This document shows positions 10,201 through 22,800 of a stretch of DNA of 44,003 nucleotides, piece after piece. Numbering within the stretch: the stretch's first letter is position 1; each line of letters starts with the position of its first letter. A program made the position numbers and the translations under genes. Under the pieces are notes generated by a model. It made no database searches. It was not told the DNA's origin and saw nothing but the letters and a program-made list of their open reading frames with translations. Source of the DNA: Hyphochytrium catenoides (taxonomy: Eukaryota; Protista; Hyphochytriomycota); contig FLMG01003175.1 in NCBI GenBank assembly GCA_900088475.1, positions 1 to 44,003 on the forward strand, read 5' to 3'.

Positions 10201-13200
10201 TCTGTCTGCTGCCGCGTTCTCGGTGTCGACATTTACGATTTCACCCTTCTCATTGTACCTGCACAGAGTGCCGTTGGTCCTAGGTCCGCGCTCCTTGCGT
10301 TCCTTGGCCCGTCTTTCTCTAGCTGCAGCCGCTGCTTCGGCTCTCGATTTCTGCAGTTCAGCTCTTCTAGCCGCTTCCTCTTCTTGTTGCGCTTGTATCT
10401 TCTTCCTTCTCTCTTCTGCGTACTTCTTTCTCCTTTCCTCCTGTTCCTGGCGCTCCGAAGATCTTCTCTCTGCAAAGCGTGCTTTCTTTTCCCTATCTTC
10501 CGCCACCTGTTCTCCTCCGAACTCCTCCTTCTCTACCTCCACGGGCGTAGAGAGAGGGGTCACGCTCTCTACGCCGCCCTTAACAGCAGACTGCAACGTA
10601 GGGAACATGTCCGCATTGGGACTAACCACACTCTGTGCAGTCTGGGGCTTCGACCCCCAAGCGGACTTGATAGGAGCAGTCTCACCACCAGGCGCAGCAC
10701 CTTTCTTTCCCGAAGGTGCCGCCGCCGGCTTCTTCGGTGAAGAGGGAGCTTCTGTCGCGGGTTTCGGCTTAGGAGAGACTACCTTAGCACTTTCTGCCTT
10801 CGGAGGAGAGGCGGCGGAGACGGGAACCGCCGCAGGCTTGTCCTCTGACTGCGCTTTAGTCTTTGTGTCCTTCTTCTGAACGTCGAGTACCGGGGCAGCA
10901 GACGGAGAGGAGCTCGGTGCACCAGATACCTTGGCCTTGGCCTTGTCCCCTTTCTCCTGTGTGTTGCTTCGCTTTAGTGTAGACAGCTTGACGACGGGGT
11001 CCAGGTTCGTATCGTCGCCTCTGCTCTTGTTCGCCACCTCTACCATCGTTCCACTTTTAGGGTCAAAGAGCAAACGTGTGGCTGGTCGCTGCTGGATACG
11101 GATCTGCTGAACTGGAGGAGCAGGTGCAGGAGCAGCTGGTGGCGGAAGCGGAAGAGAAGCCTCTACACGCTTCTCAAGAGGCTTTTCCGTGAGAGGCGAA
11201 GGGATTGTAGGCGGAAGAGGGCGGTTGGCAGGTGCAGGAGTAGCCTCATCTTCCCTCTGCTCAAAAGGCCTTTGAACCTTTTGCCTGGGTTCCTGCGAGC
11301 GTTCTTGAACAGGTTTCTCCTGCACAGGTGCGGGGGGAGGTCTACGAAACTCTTCCTCTTCCCTCCTGCTATCTTGCACCCGGCTCGGCTGCGTGGGCTC
11401 TCCATAGGGAAGGTCCGTCCCTGGTCTTCCTTCTCTCTCCCTTTCCCTCTCAAACCCACCCGCACTGGACCTTCTCATCTCATCACCTCTCCTATCCACT
11501 GCACTGGGGCGTGACTCCACCCCTTCCTCCCTCCTTCGGTAGCCCAGACCATCCGACCGATAGCCCGTCTGCTCCTCCCTCCTACCATAGCCGTGCCGAT
11601 CTTCATGTTCGCTCACAGAGCCCACATCGCGACTCTGTGAGTCCCGATAGCCTCCTACTGGCTCTGAATCAGAGAAGCTCTTCTCCGGGCCAGCGGGCCG
11701 CTGCGGGGAAGGATGCCTTCTAGCGTCTCCGTAAGCAGGATACCCGCGCGCAAGAGCCCTATCGCCCCCCATTCTCTCCTCCCGGCCATCCTCCCTGCCA
11801 TAGCTGGGGTCCTCGGGTCTTCCGTATGGTCTTTCATACCTGTCCCCACCCGAATCTCTCCTGCCGTAGTCGTACTGAGGACCACTATCCTGCGAGTAGG
11901 GCGCGTACCTCTCCTAAAGACGTACAACCAAAGAAAAGACAGACAAGCAGATGATCCGTCAATCACGACCGCCTCCTTAAAAATGCGGAGCCATCGGGGA
12001 GCATTGACAGGCGATCGAGAGAAAAAGGAGAGAGGAACACTTTACGGAAGAAGCTTAGAAAGGCGGTGCTTACCGATGAGTATCTATCGCGGAAGCCGCC
12101 GCCCTGGCTCTCCCGGCGAGTGGGTTCTATGCCGCGGCGCCCATGATAAGCCCCGGCCCGGTCATCGTACCGGTAGCGGTCACTCTCCTCCGAGTACTGA
12201 GGACCGCCTCGAGATCTGTATCCCGGCCTATCATCCAGATACCGATCGTCCGCCCGATCTCGCCTCCAAACCAAGGGACCTGCACCGGGGCTTGGGTCTC
12301 GCCGATAACGGTCATCAGACCCATAATCCCCTCTCGAGAAACGCTCGCGAGGGCCGAGGTCGCGATCGCTCGGCCGTCCATATGACCCGCCATAGCCGCT
12401 GTCTCTATCTCTTTCACGGTCTTGGCGCGGCGGAGGGCTGCCTTCAAAGTCTGGACCTCTTCGCTGCGAATCTGTGAAAAGAGTACGAGATATACTGAGC
12501 ACCACATAGATACTATGCAAAAGCTGGGTCTCCATAGCCGCAACAACCTCATTCACAGAAGGGGATCTTAACCTCACGGTGATATGGCACACGCGAGCCG
12601 GGTAATGCAGGCACAGAGGCCACCAAGATAACATGAGAAAGAGAGCATTCTTAGTGTTTAGAAAGTGCTCCCACCTCGCTTCGCATCACGAAGATTCGGA
12701 TACTCCTCCTTTCGCGGCGGGATGTCGTCAGCAAACCGTCCTGAAGTTCGCCGTCTGGTGGCATCGTCCCCGCTCGATACCTCGGGGTTTCGAGACCATG
12801 GCGCTGGCCTTAAACCCCCGACAGGTACTGTCGAGCTGCCCTTGTCCAATGCAGGCGCTTCCTCGCCTGGCAGCGGGTCCTGCGTGGAACTGCGAGCACG
12901 AAGCGGCGAGTCTGAAGCCCTGCCCTCGCTTCCCTTTAACTCCGAAACCTTGTCAGTGGGTTGGCCCCAGCCACTGCCACCTACGTTATGGACATAAGAA
13001 ATAGATCACTAGAGGGTTCGCGAATAGATTTCTTTTTTTACCTTGTGGAACAAGGTTGACAGTAATGTCCTGTCCATTGTTCTCCTTCTTCAAGCTAGGA
13101 GTGTTGAGAGGAACAGGGGCAGAAACAGTCCCAGTCTTGACCACCGACTTTTGAGCCTTACTTAGCACCAACAGCTGATTTCGGTTTCCATAGCTGGCAT

Positions 13201-13377
13201 TGGCTGCAGAAGAAGAGGTTTAGCATATGCGAGAGGACCTACGTCAGTCTACAAGCGCAACTTACATGTCGACGAAGCAGGCGCAGGAGGAGCCTTATGA
13301 AGGGCGTTTAGATTACGACCGAACTTCGACTTCGAGGACGACGTGTTGGAAGTAGAACTTGGCAACGTCTTGGACAT
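7279..13377 (-). CDS. PRRC2/BAT2-like (plant MOS1-like) large low-complexity protein with N-terminal BAT2_N region, 5 coding exons, about 1870 aa
   Basis: Exons 13377-13266, 13203-13042, 12980-12675, 12471-12074, 11913-7279 (phase-consistent). The N-terminus has [11 protein letters not shown]...[31 protein letters not shown] and EEYPNL, like BAT2_N. It also has an internal SGIVVL...EGFQEVKSK motif, a coiled coil, and R/D/G/Y-rich and Q/P-rich regions. The last codons follow an N gap (7352-7407), so the stop position is uncertain. Confidence 0.82.
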
Positions 13378-16300
13378 AGTATATTCCCATCAAGGAGCGT
13401 CAATCAGGTTATAGCCGACCCTAGAGAAGCAAAGTCAGTCCGACAAGCAGGGAGCGGCTAGCTCAATCTAAACTTGCCTCAACCAGGAACTCGTACGTAC
13501 CAGATGCAAATGAAGGCTCTCGACAGGTTGCTTTGCCTAACAGTTTATTCGGTGTGAGGTAGGGTCTTCGAACGGTTGATCCACAAACTAGAGAGCAACC
13601 GTGGAGTTTGCCAATAATGCCGGTCGAAACGACGATTGAGACCTAGAAAGATAGCACCAACTTGAGCATCAGAGATCCACGACCCTTGTGTCTTTCATAT
13701 CAGACCCGCCAGCCCAGTGAGTCTTACCTTGGTCTCTTTCTAACAACCAGGGCGGCCCTAGCGAAGGGAGACAGAACTTTCTTTTTTGCTATCGCCGTCT
13801 CTCCCACACTGTTCGAGGCCGTTCTTCTTTCTTCGTTTCTCTAATCCCTAAGGTATTACCAGCGCGCTCCCTGTCGGCGCCACACAGCCGCAAACCCTAA
13901 ACCCACAGTACCAACCTGTGGGTCACTTTTCCCTCCCTTTCTTCCTGGAGGGAGGGAAGACCGAGAGAGGAGGAGGAGGGGACACAAACTCGCTGCAGAA
14001 GTCTCTTCCGGAAGGTAGAATAGTAGATGGCAGAAGAGGGGCATACTGGTGGTTTATATCAGTGATATGATAGTAGTAATACTGGTAGGGCAGATCTGAT
14101 TTTTGCGGTTGATAATTTCGTAGGTACATAGCATCCAGAGCAGGGTATATGAATGATGCCGTTAACGTTACTAATTCCCTTTTAGTGTTTGAGAAATCAT
14201 ATCAAAACCATAGTGAATTCGAAGCTAAAAAGACTCTTTAGCCGGTAACGCTATGGCCTACTTCCTCAGCAAGCGGTCAGCTTTATATGACATCATCCTC
14301 ATTCACAGCTGGTTGTTCCTTGTTTGGCGATGATGTGAGTTGAGTACAGAAGAATAACAACTACAACAGCAGGTGGCGGACAACTTTGCTACCCATTGTG
14401 GTGTCTTGTGTATTGAGCCAACAGCAGGAAGAAGACCACCCTTATTGCTATTTTTGGTGGAGATTTACTATCGTGAGTTGATTTAGATATGGTGATGGTT
14501 ACTAAGGCTTTACTACTTCTCAATCGGTCGTTTGTTCGACCTCCTCTTTCGACAACCGTCCGCTTTTGCCCTGTTATTACCTCCATTCATGGTTCATCCC
14601 AAGTTATTCTTCTTTTTGCCTTCGTTTTTTACTACTCTTCTCACTTTGCCAGGAGGAGGAGGAGGAGGAGGAAATGTTGGTTGTTGTTGGTAATGTTATC
14701 CACCAGTAGAGAGGATACCTACTAATATGTAGAGCGCCGCCAACAACCACAAGAAGTATCTAATAAACAGAGGACGGTGGCCGATGTAGGTAGTAGTAGT
14801 AGTTAGTGCGTCATTTTCATCATCAGCAATAATGTCAACAACATCATCATCATGGATTATTATGTTTCTCTTGCCGCCAATGAAAACTCCTGCTGCTTAT
14901 TAGTGCTTATAGTAAGGAACAACTGGGTGGGCAAATCGCAGATCGTTCAGGAGGGTAATACTGCAAGACAAGGGTTTAGGCCAGGAACACTCTTTTATTT
15001 CGTTAGGGGATGCTGACTACTTCTTACATTATTCTTGATTTTGCCGATTATTCAAACTTCTGGCTCTCGTACAGCATCCAAATAGGATGCACTTCTGCTC
15101 TTCATTCACTTGGAAGAGGAATACGAAGAAGTTATAAAGAAGAGACTTTATGACCAGAGGAATATTTTTATAAAGATAGGAGTCTCACTCTTCTTCTCAC
15201 CTAGTAGGAAAAAGGAGGAGGACGGGTGAATATCAATTCTCTTTTATAAGAAGAATAATCGTCGGAAATTACACCCTATTCTATTTATGTGGAAAATGAG
15301 CGGTACTCTTCTTCCATTACTTTTTTCTATGTTCCAGATATTATACATACTACTTAGCGTCCACCCTCCTCCTTACTTTGGCCTCTGTACATCAGAACAG
15401 GTGAATGGAAAAAGGAGTTATTATCACTGGTTGTACCTGGTATCTTGCTATTATCTAACAAAAACACTGTATCTAACAAATCAGGAGGTGATGCCCGCTC
15501 TTCTTACCGCTGATTGTTTCTGCTGAAATAGATTTTCCTCATGATTTAACCACCTCTCATTATTGTCATAATAGTGATCAAATGAACGGACCGACCACCA
15601 TGCAAACTCATAGAGGAGGGCAAAAAAAAAAAGAAAAGATGACGGCGGGCGGCTGTCACAAGTGTGATGAGGAGTGGTGGAGAGGGTAAGAGAAGAAGAA
15701 GAAGAGAAAAAGGAGAGAAATATGTCGTTGGTAAATGTTGCGTGGTTGCGCCGTGGCTGAGGATGGAGATGATGGTGGATATCACAACAAAAGGAAGAAC
15801 ATTCCTACTGCCTGTAAACTCTTATTATTCTCAAAAAGTTTTTATGGAAGAATAATGAGCCGCCGTCTTACTAGCTTATTAGGCGCATTTATCAGAAGAA
15901 TAAGGAGGCAACAAAAGTGAAAAAAAAATCGATCACTTCATGATTAACAGTGACCCACCACATCCTCGTGTTATTAGGGGTGCGGGAGAAGAGAGGGTTG
16001 TACAACAGGTGAATAGACCGCCTACACTGGTACAGTAACAACAACAACATACGCTATACCAGACACACACACTCTGAGTAATCTTTGGAGACTCACAACC
16101 ATGGCTCATGGACTCATAGATGATGGGTCCAAGGTTCCCACCCATCCATCTAAGGCTTCAGAACAGTGGACATTCTCAGAAACAACCACAATGCCTACCC
16201 TCCCTCGGACATTCCGTTATCGTCGATTCAAAATCAAATCCATAGCACAGCTACTTGTACTGTACCGCCGAGTATCTCGCACAACTACATCGCACATGCT

Positions 16301-16900
16301 TCTTTGACGGAGACAAGAACAGGCTTGGTATAGTTCTAAGTTCTAGGAAGTGTGCAGGGCGACGCTGCCTTTGCCACCTTGGGCAAGGCAAAAGCTCCAA
16401 CAAATGATGAAAGAACGAAAGGGGGAAAGCATGCAACACCAGACAGGACGACAGTGTCCCTAATCTCACCCCCTGAGATAGTAGTACTCCTGAAATTGTG
16501 CCAAAAGAACTAACAGTTGCATGACCTGTCGGTCATAGTAATACCATTCATTTGCTGAGCTTCGTCTGAGCTGCGAACTCATCTTCAAAGTGTCCATCAG
16601 TTGGGTTCGCGAAGTGGTGGCGGTGGGAGAAGGGAAGTCAGTTCAGGGGGTAGATCCACATTCCATACTTTAACACAGTCAAGCCCCTCATCCTTGTCCC
16701 CCATCCTCTCTCTCACACAGCTGGAATGTTCTACAGGCCATGCCCAGCAGCCGGCGTGGTCTCCCTTGTCCTGCCCCCTCTCCCCTACGCCACCAGCTCC
16801 ATGTATTGGGCATTGAAATCCATTATTACTACTTCCAGAAGAAAGCAGGCCAAAGTAGGGTAAATACTAGCAGGTTGTAATTCTATTTTAGCCGCAGACG

Positions 16901-17058
16901 NNNNNNNNNNNNNNNNNNNNNNNNNNNNNNNNNNNNNNNNNNNNNNNNNNNNNNNNNNNNNNNNNNNNNNNNNNNNNNNNNNNNNNNNNNNNNNNNNNNN
17001 NNNNNNNNNNNNNNNNNNNNNNNNNNNNNNNNNNNNNNNNNNNNNNNNNNNNNNNNNN
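16901..17058. other. Assembly gap (others at 7352-7407, 20690-20757, 36949-37023, 40431-40482, 42790-42798)
   Basis: Runs of N. Confidence 1.
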
Positions 17059-17157
17059 TCACAAATCAATTTCCGACAGAATTCAGAAACCTTCCCAAAT
17101 CTTCGTCGGAGTTTCCCGTCAACTCAAAGTTTACATCTTGGCTTTTTGCTTATCAAG

Positions 17158-17268
17158 GTAAGAAAGACGAGCTTCCTGCCTCTAAAAGAGAGTTTAGGCC
17201 CATTGTTTTCCCTTGTCCGCATACGGCTCTGAGCACGCAGCCTGACGCATCTTCCACTCATTTCACAG
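17158..17268 (+). other. Intron in the 5' UTR of the histone H3 gene
   Basis: AAG|GTAAGA donor at 17158, CCTGAC branch-like site at 17241-17246, and TTTCACAG acceptor at 17268, 10 nt before the ATG. Confidence 0.7.
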
Positions 17269-17275
17269 ACCTTAA

Positions 17276-17689
<414 letters not shown>

Positions 17690-18484
17690 GCATCTTTGGA
17701 ATCTACGACCGAAGTCGAAGCTCGCAAGATGGCAGAGAAAGGCTAGCCGCCTTGTCTCTCTCGCTGTAGCGATGCCTTATCGCCTATCTAACTCATGCTT
17801 CTGTCCCCTCATCTCTTTCTTTGTACATGATATCATCTAGAGGCTTCAGCTCCTCATTCTCTGCTATGATAAACCTACGTAATACTATTGCTTCGGCTCT
17901 TCAGCCACGATGAAGCAGTTGCCCCCATCTTGCCTCACTCTTTTAGTAGGAGCAGCAGAACGTGGAGATTTTTGCTTTTCGAACCCTAATAGACGGGTTC
18001 TGATAGAAGAGCGACTTCTCCTTGTTGAGATAGACCTCTTCAATGCCTCACTTCGACCCTTCAGACGCTATCAATAAGCACCTTTCAAGCATACTAATGT
18101 CCTTGGCACCACCTTTAGTTGCAACTGGGCCACATAGTTTGTCCGCGCCAGCCATGAGACGTTACGTATGTATTCGCCGTAGAGACTGACGTCAATCGCT
18201 CTTTAGTGGTCTCCCCGTATTCATATGACAGCTCTTTGGCTCCCCGGTCCGCCTACCTTCCGTCTCTACTATTGTGACTACTGCCAATTAATTAGAAACC
18301 AGTCAGGCTCGCCACTTGCGGAGTCGCACACCTCGTTGCAATCAAGAAACGGGAGCCATCATTCATCATTCACCCGAAGAGGAGGCGAAACAATCTCTTC
18401 CACCATCACACAGCGGAGCCGGGAGTCATAAGCAACTATGTTCATCATGAAGGGAGTTTACGCTTCCCGTTGGCCATTATGCCT

Positions 18485-18560
18485 TAGCTCGCCTTTAAAG
18501 TCACTAGTAAGTGGACCATTATTCCTAGCTCGCCTTTTAAGTGACTAGTAAGTGGACAAT
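18485..18560. repeat. Two-copy imperfect direct repeat, 41-bp period
   Basis: TAGCTCGCCTTTAAAGTCACTAGTAAGTGGACCAT at 18485 and TAGCTCGCCTTTTAAGTGACTAGTAAGTGGACAAT at 18526. Confidence 0.9.
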
Positions 18561-18922
18561 TTTGGGTCCGGGCTTCTTGACATCATTACTAGCGATCAAT
18601 TTTGACTATCCTTCCAGGCCTTCCAACAGCTGGGAGGGAGACGGAACGCTGCAGTAAGCTAGGTAGGCTTGACTTTAATACACCCTTAGCCTCGTGATCT
18701 GCCGCAACCTGTCCCGGGGCCAGTTCCGCCGACATACTAGCCTGACTTCTCCTCCATAGTGCAGAAATATTCTTACCGAACAGGTATCTTCTTTTTAGTC
18801 TTTTCTTCGCACAGTTCGTTGTAAGGACAGAATAAATAAGTAGAGTACAATCCAGCCAGAGAATTAACTGCTGGCGCCTTGAACTCTGTCAAACCAGCTT
18901 ACATTGTCCATCCCGCTCCTAG

Positions 18923-19429
18923 TTATCCCTTTTTAACCCTAGGCTTCAGCGCTGTAAGGTAAAAATACACAGCTTCTTGGAGTTCCAAAGACGGAGAGGG
19001 ACTGTTGGGAGAATGGAGTTCCCAGGCATGATGTTGAAACTCCACTGCTGCCTCCAGGAATCGCCTGGTTAGTACTTGTACTGTAAAGTTCTGGTGATGA
19101 AAGTGGTCGAGGTTGCCGCTGTTGCTGCTGTCCCTTGCTGCATGTGACGTCTGTGCCGCTCGGCCGGTATGGATTGTTGAACGGTAAGGAAGAATCTGAG
19201 AAGGCCAGTCACGTCATACAACCCTTGGTTGAAAGAAATAGGAAGCTTCCTCATCGGCGTTGGCGATTTTCTCATTGAAGCCAGTCTTTTGCCAGAAGCG
19301 GTATTGTTTGGACCATATATAGAAGGAGGCGATTAACTCGCTGTTCCTTGATGAAGCAAGAACTACGCGAGGGGGTTGTTGCTGCTGGCATATCTCTGGT
19401 GTCACCATCAAAAGTATGTCCTTATTCAT
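18923..19429 (-). pseudogene. Possible decayed ORF (about 168 codons with one internal TGA), perhaps a mobile-element relic
   Basis: The frame of the 19429-19214 ORF continues past its TGA without another stop until TAA at 18925-18923 (...VLTRRFLEAAVEFQHHAW...EAVYFYLTALKPRVKKG). No domain recognised. Confidence 0.25.
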
Positions 19430-19569
19430 TAATGAGGAGGGCTCTCAGCGGGATTCTTTCTTCATTGCGAGCCAACTATCGCTGCTTAGCCGACAACAGG
19501 TAAAAAGGCTCCTACCAACTTTTTCAAGCACTTATCTTCTATTCAAAAATGCGGCTGAATGGCCATAGG

Positions 19570-19609
19570 TGGTACTGGAGTGTCCATAGCATGGTACTGG
19601 AGTGTCCAT
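19570..19609. repeat. Two-copy direct repeat, 22-bp period
   Basis: TGGTACTGGAGTGTCCAT at 19570 and 19592. Confidence 0.9.
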
Positions 19610-20587
19610 GCTTTGCTTACAAAGTTCCGGAACCACTCTGTCCCCGCTGGAATGAATCTTCCAAATGTCAGCATCTCTCAATCCTGCGCAGATGAGTAGA
19701 TTATAACTAAGTAGCCGCAAGAGCCGTCCTTTCTTGTCATCACTTCTACCGCCATCATGGAAAGCATGCTTCAGGTCCCCATAGGCCTCACTTTTCGATA
19801 ATAGAGAACGCTCTGTAGCGTGTGACGCGGCCAGGCATTTACTACATTATACTCTTGAAAGAGCATAAGCAGAGTTGGTGCTAAAAGCTACTATCCTATC
19901 TTTTATCCTCTGTCGCCTACTGACGGTGCCCTACGACCCTTAATCTTCTATAGTAGAACTAGTGCAGTATCGTCTTCATGAGCTTCAAAATTCAAGTCTG
20001 TACAAGGAAGGCCCTTTGTTACTTCTGTAAAATGAGATGATGAAGCGCAGCAGTGGGTAGCGGCGCCAGATGCTGCAGAACAAGTACAAGTAGCAAGTGC
20101 AGGTATAAAGATCTTTGCAAGTCCAGACCTTAAAGGACTTGTAATTTAGTCAAACGTTCTGGTAAAGACCGTGGAAACCTTAGTGAAGTAGTGAAGCAAG
20201 CTTATTTACCTGTAGAAGTAGTTCCTACACGTAGCCTTGGACGGACCTACCTGCTCCATGCTAGAGTTCTATAAGTAATCTCTCGAAGTGGTTCTACTTG
20301 GGGCTGCTTTAGGATTATACTTTGGACAGTTTTGCGTGAAAATACAGAGAATTGCCTATTCTTACACGAAGCTGTCATTATTCGGATTTCTCATTTCTGA
20401 AGATTCTGGTGCTACGAGTATTTCTCCGATGACAGACGCGAAATCCCGATCGGATTTTAAGACGTAAATCTGCAGACGAGCCTGCACCTTGGGCATGTGA
20501 CGTTCTAACTTTCTGGCATGCTTTAGGCGTATCTGTCCAGGGCATGAGGCGGTATGTAGATGAGGGAAAGCAACCTGGCGCGCGGTA

Positions 20588-21922
20588 ATGATCCCAGTAA
20601 TAGCGAGGCTGCAGGAGCTTCCTACATGGAGGCTGTACTGTGGCCTTATCATTCTCTTTTTGAGTGGCCTTCTAGGAACATTTTCCAAGNNNNNNNNNNN
20701 NNNNNNNNNNNNNNNNNNNNNNNNNNNNNNNNNNNNNNNNNNNNNNNNNNNNNNNNNCAAGGAGTACTTCTTCATCTTCGTTTTGAAGGTTTTTGCCAGC
20801 ATTACCCTTGTGTGGTGCGTCAATGGCATCTTCGTCGTCATCAGACTCCATGTCGAGCGAAGGAAGACCATGCGGGACCTTCGTACCGGCAAGATCACAG
20901 AGTTCTCGGAGCTCTTGATTATCCGGGAAGGGCTTGCAATCGGAAAGACGGTGATAAACGTGATTATATTGACTTCTCTGATCCTGGGAGACGTGATATC
21001 TTACGTTTACAGCTCTGTGCTGACCTTTATCGCTGCATTTATCACATGGATTGTCCTCGGTGGCTACACGTTTGTTAAGAACTATTGGGGAGGTCTCTTT
21101 GTTATAGGGGAACACTACTTCGACAACCGGCCTTACGTGATAATGAAAGGTGAATTAGAGGGCATTGAAGGGATCTGCGAGCAAGTAGATCTCCGCTTTT
21201 CTCGCGTCATAAGCCCCGACAAGACTATCACGTACATCCCTAACGGTCTCCTCCTCGAGAACCCGATTATTATGCACTCTCTCGCCCCCAAAAAGCTCAT
21301 TCGCTTGACTCTCAACCTCCACAGGAAGACAAGGACGGCGAGAATCCGCCTCCTGCTGCGCATGTTGGACCAGCTAGTGGTCCAGCAGTTATTGGCGTCT
21401 AAGACCTTGAAGGAGACAACCCGCGCCGTAGACTTCATGTCAAGGTTTACAGCCAACCGTCTCCTGCTCAAAGCTCCACCTGTAGATGTGCATCACCAAC
21501 ACACATCTGGCCGAAGTTCTCCTCGAAGAAGTCCGCTCGGTTCTCCTCAGCCTCTGCATCAGAGAGTTGGACGCTCTTCTCCTCGTAGATCCTCTGGTCG
21601 TGCCTATGATGTACGATACGATCCTCATGGCTCCTCCTATAAGCAGCTGCCTTATCCTGACGAGCAACCTGAGAACCAGAGCGTCTCTTCAATGACGGGA
21701 GCGACCTTACCAAACGCTCTAGCAACACCAGAGGAGGGGTTATCTGCGCGTTGGCCATCGTTCGTGGTACTAGAAGGCGCATACCGAGTGGTCCTGCAGT
21801 GCTATCTGTCTGTGGTGGATGAGTCCGTTTTCCTTAGACAGAAGACCGATATCGTCTTATCCGTCAATGAGCTGATCAAAGGTCTGGGGATTAAGGTTGT
21901 GACAAGCAGTAAAAGTGGCTGA
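20588..21922 (+). CDS. MscS-family (small-conductance mechanosensitive) ion channel-like membrane protein
   Basis: Several hydrophobic helices, then VKNYWGGLFVIGEHYF...IEGICEQVDLRFSRVISPDKTITYIPNGLLLENPI (MscS TM3b/beta-domain pattern NxxxGxxxxxxxxF...GxVxxIxLRxTxIxxxDxxxxxIPN). The C-terminal domain reads RVVLQCYL...FLRQKTDIVLSVNELIKGLGI. The N-terminus and the frame across the gap at 20690-20757 are uncertain. Confidence 0.8.
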   Translation: MIPVIARLQELPTWRLYCGLIILFLSGLLGTFSKXXXXXXXXXXXXXXXXXXXXXXXKEYFFIFVLKVFASITLVWCVNGIFVVIRLHVERRKTMRDLRTGKITEFSELLIIREGLAIGKTVINVIILTSLILGDVISYVYSSVLTFIAAFITWIVLGGYTFVKNYWGGLFVIGEHYFDNRPYVIMKGELEGIEGICEQVDLRFSRVISPDKTITYIPNGLLLENPIIMHSLAPKKLIRLTLNLHRKTRTARIRLLLRMLDQLVVQQLLASKTLKETTRAVDFMSRFTANRLLLKAPPVDVHHQHTSGRSSPRRSPLGSPQPLHQRVGRSSPRRSSGRAYDVRYDPHGSSYKQLPYPDEQPENQSVSSMTGATLPNALATPEEGLSARWPSFVVLEGAYRVVLQCYLSVVDESVFLRQKTDIVLSVNELIKGLGIKVVTSSKSG

Positions 21923-22800
21923 GGCAAGCGTCGGCAGCTCTCCGACTGATCACACCTCTAATTTGGAGTCGTGCCACCTCTGCTTTAGCTCGCTGATCGG
22001 CTGTGAATTGCACCGCGTCGTGCTCTGGGCCCTACTAGAAACTCTCTTTCCCTTTGACGCAACGAAAGATCTCCAACAAGTGCCGCACGGATTGCCAGCC
22101 ACACACAGCAGCCATGAGCGCTTACGTTTCGACTAATTCAAGGTGGTTTAGAGTCATGGGATCTACATTTGCTCCTGGCAGCGACTTGTGAGTGGCTTCA
22201 AGGGGTAGAATTGACCCTCGATTTGCAGCCTGGAGGGAATGTAACTTATGGAGAGGCCCTGACCCGTTCTGTTCAAATAGCCCCCGCCCCCAAGCTCTAC
22301 GGTCTGCAATGCGCTGTAGCGTGCCTTTGATTCCCCGCAGATGACCCAGACCTTAGCCATGCCAGGGTGCTGTACATCCCACAAGTGATCCAGAACCTAG
22401 GTTATACATCTAGCCCTAGCGCTACCCGTGACCTTTGTCCCTCTTCTGCATCTCTTTCCAGATTCTGGCTACCTCAACCGCCTTCCCCTTCTTTCTGCCC
22501 ACAGAACTAAGGCCTGCAGATGGGAAGAGATCATTTCTAGTCGCTCTTTCCCCCAGAGTTTTAACTCCTGGAACCCCTGTAGTTTCTGTCTCTTCCCACG
22601 TTCCTTCTTCTTCTTCTCTCTCTACGTATTTACTCTCTCCTGACGCACAGTTACCTCTTCTCTGCTCTGGCCTTATCCCATCCCTACTGCGCCCGTTTAG
22701 CCACTGTGTTTTTCAGCTTCATGAACTGTCACGTACATCTTCTTCCATTGTCTCATTATGCTGAGTAACTCTTAAAATGGATGTAAGTTTCCTATCCCAC

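Noticed and set aside
7424-12477. Long plus-strand ORFs (e.g. 9959-10879, 11713-12477) overlapping the PRRC2-like gene
   Set aside because: Antisense shadows of a GC-rich, low-complexity coding strand, with no domain features.
18485-18560. CRISPR-like repeat
   Set aside because: Only two imperfect copies with about 6 nt between them, no spacers or cas genes, and a eukaryotic context.
20362-21782. Minus-strand and alternative-frame ORFs over the MscS-like gene
   Set aside because: No recognisable motifs; some are open only because of the N gap.
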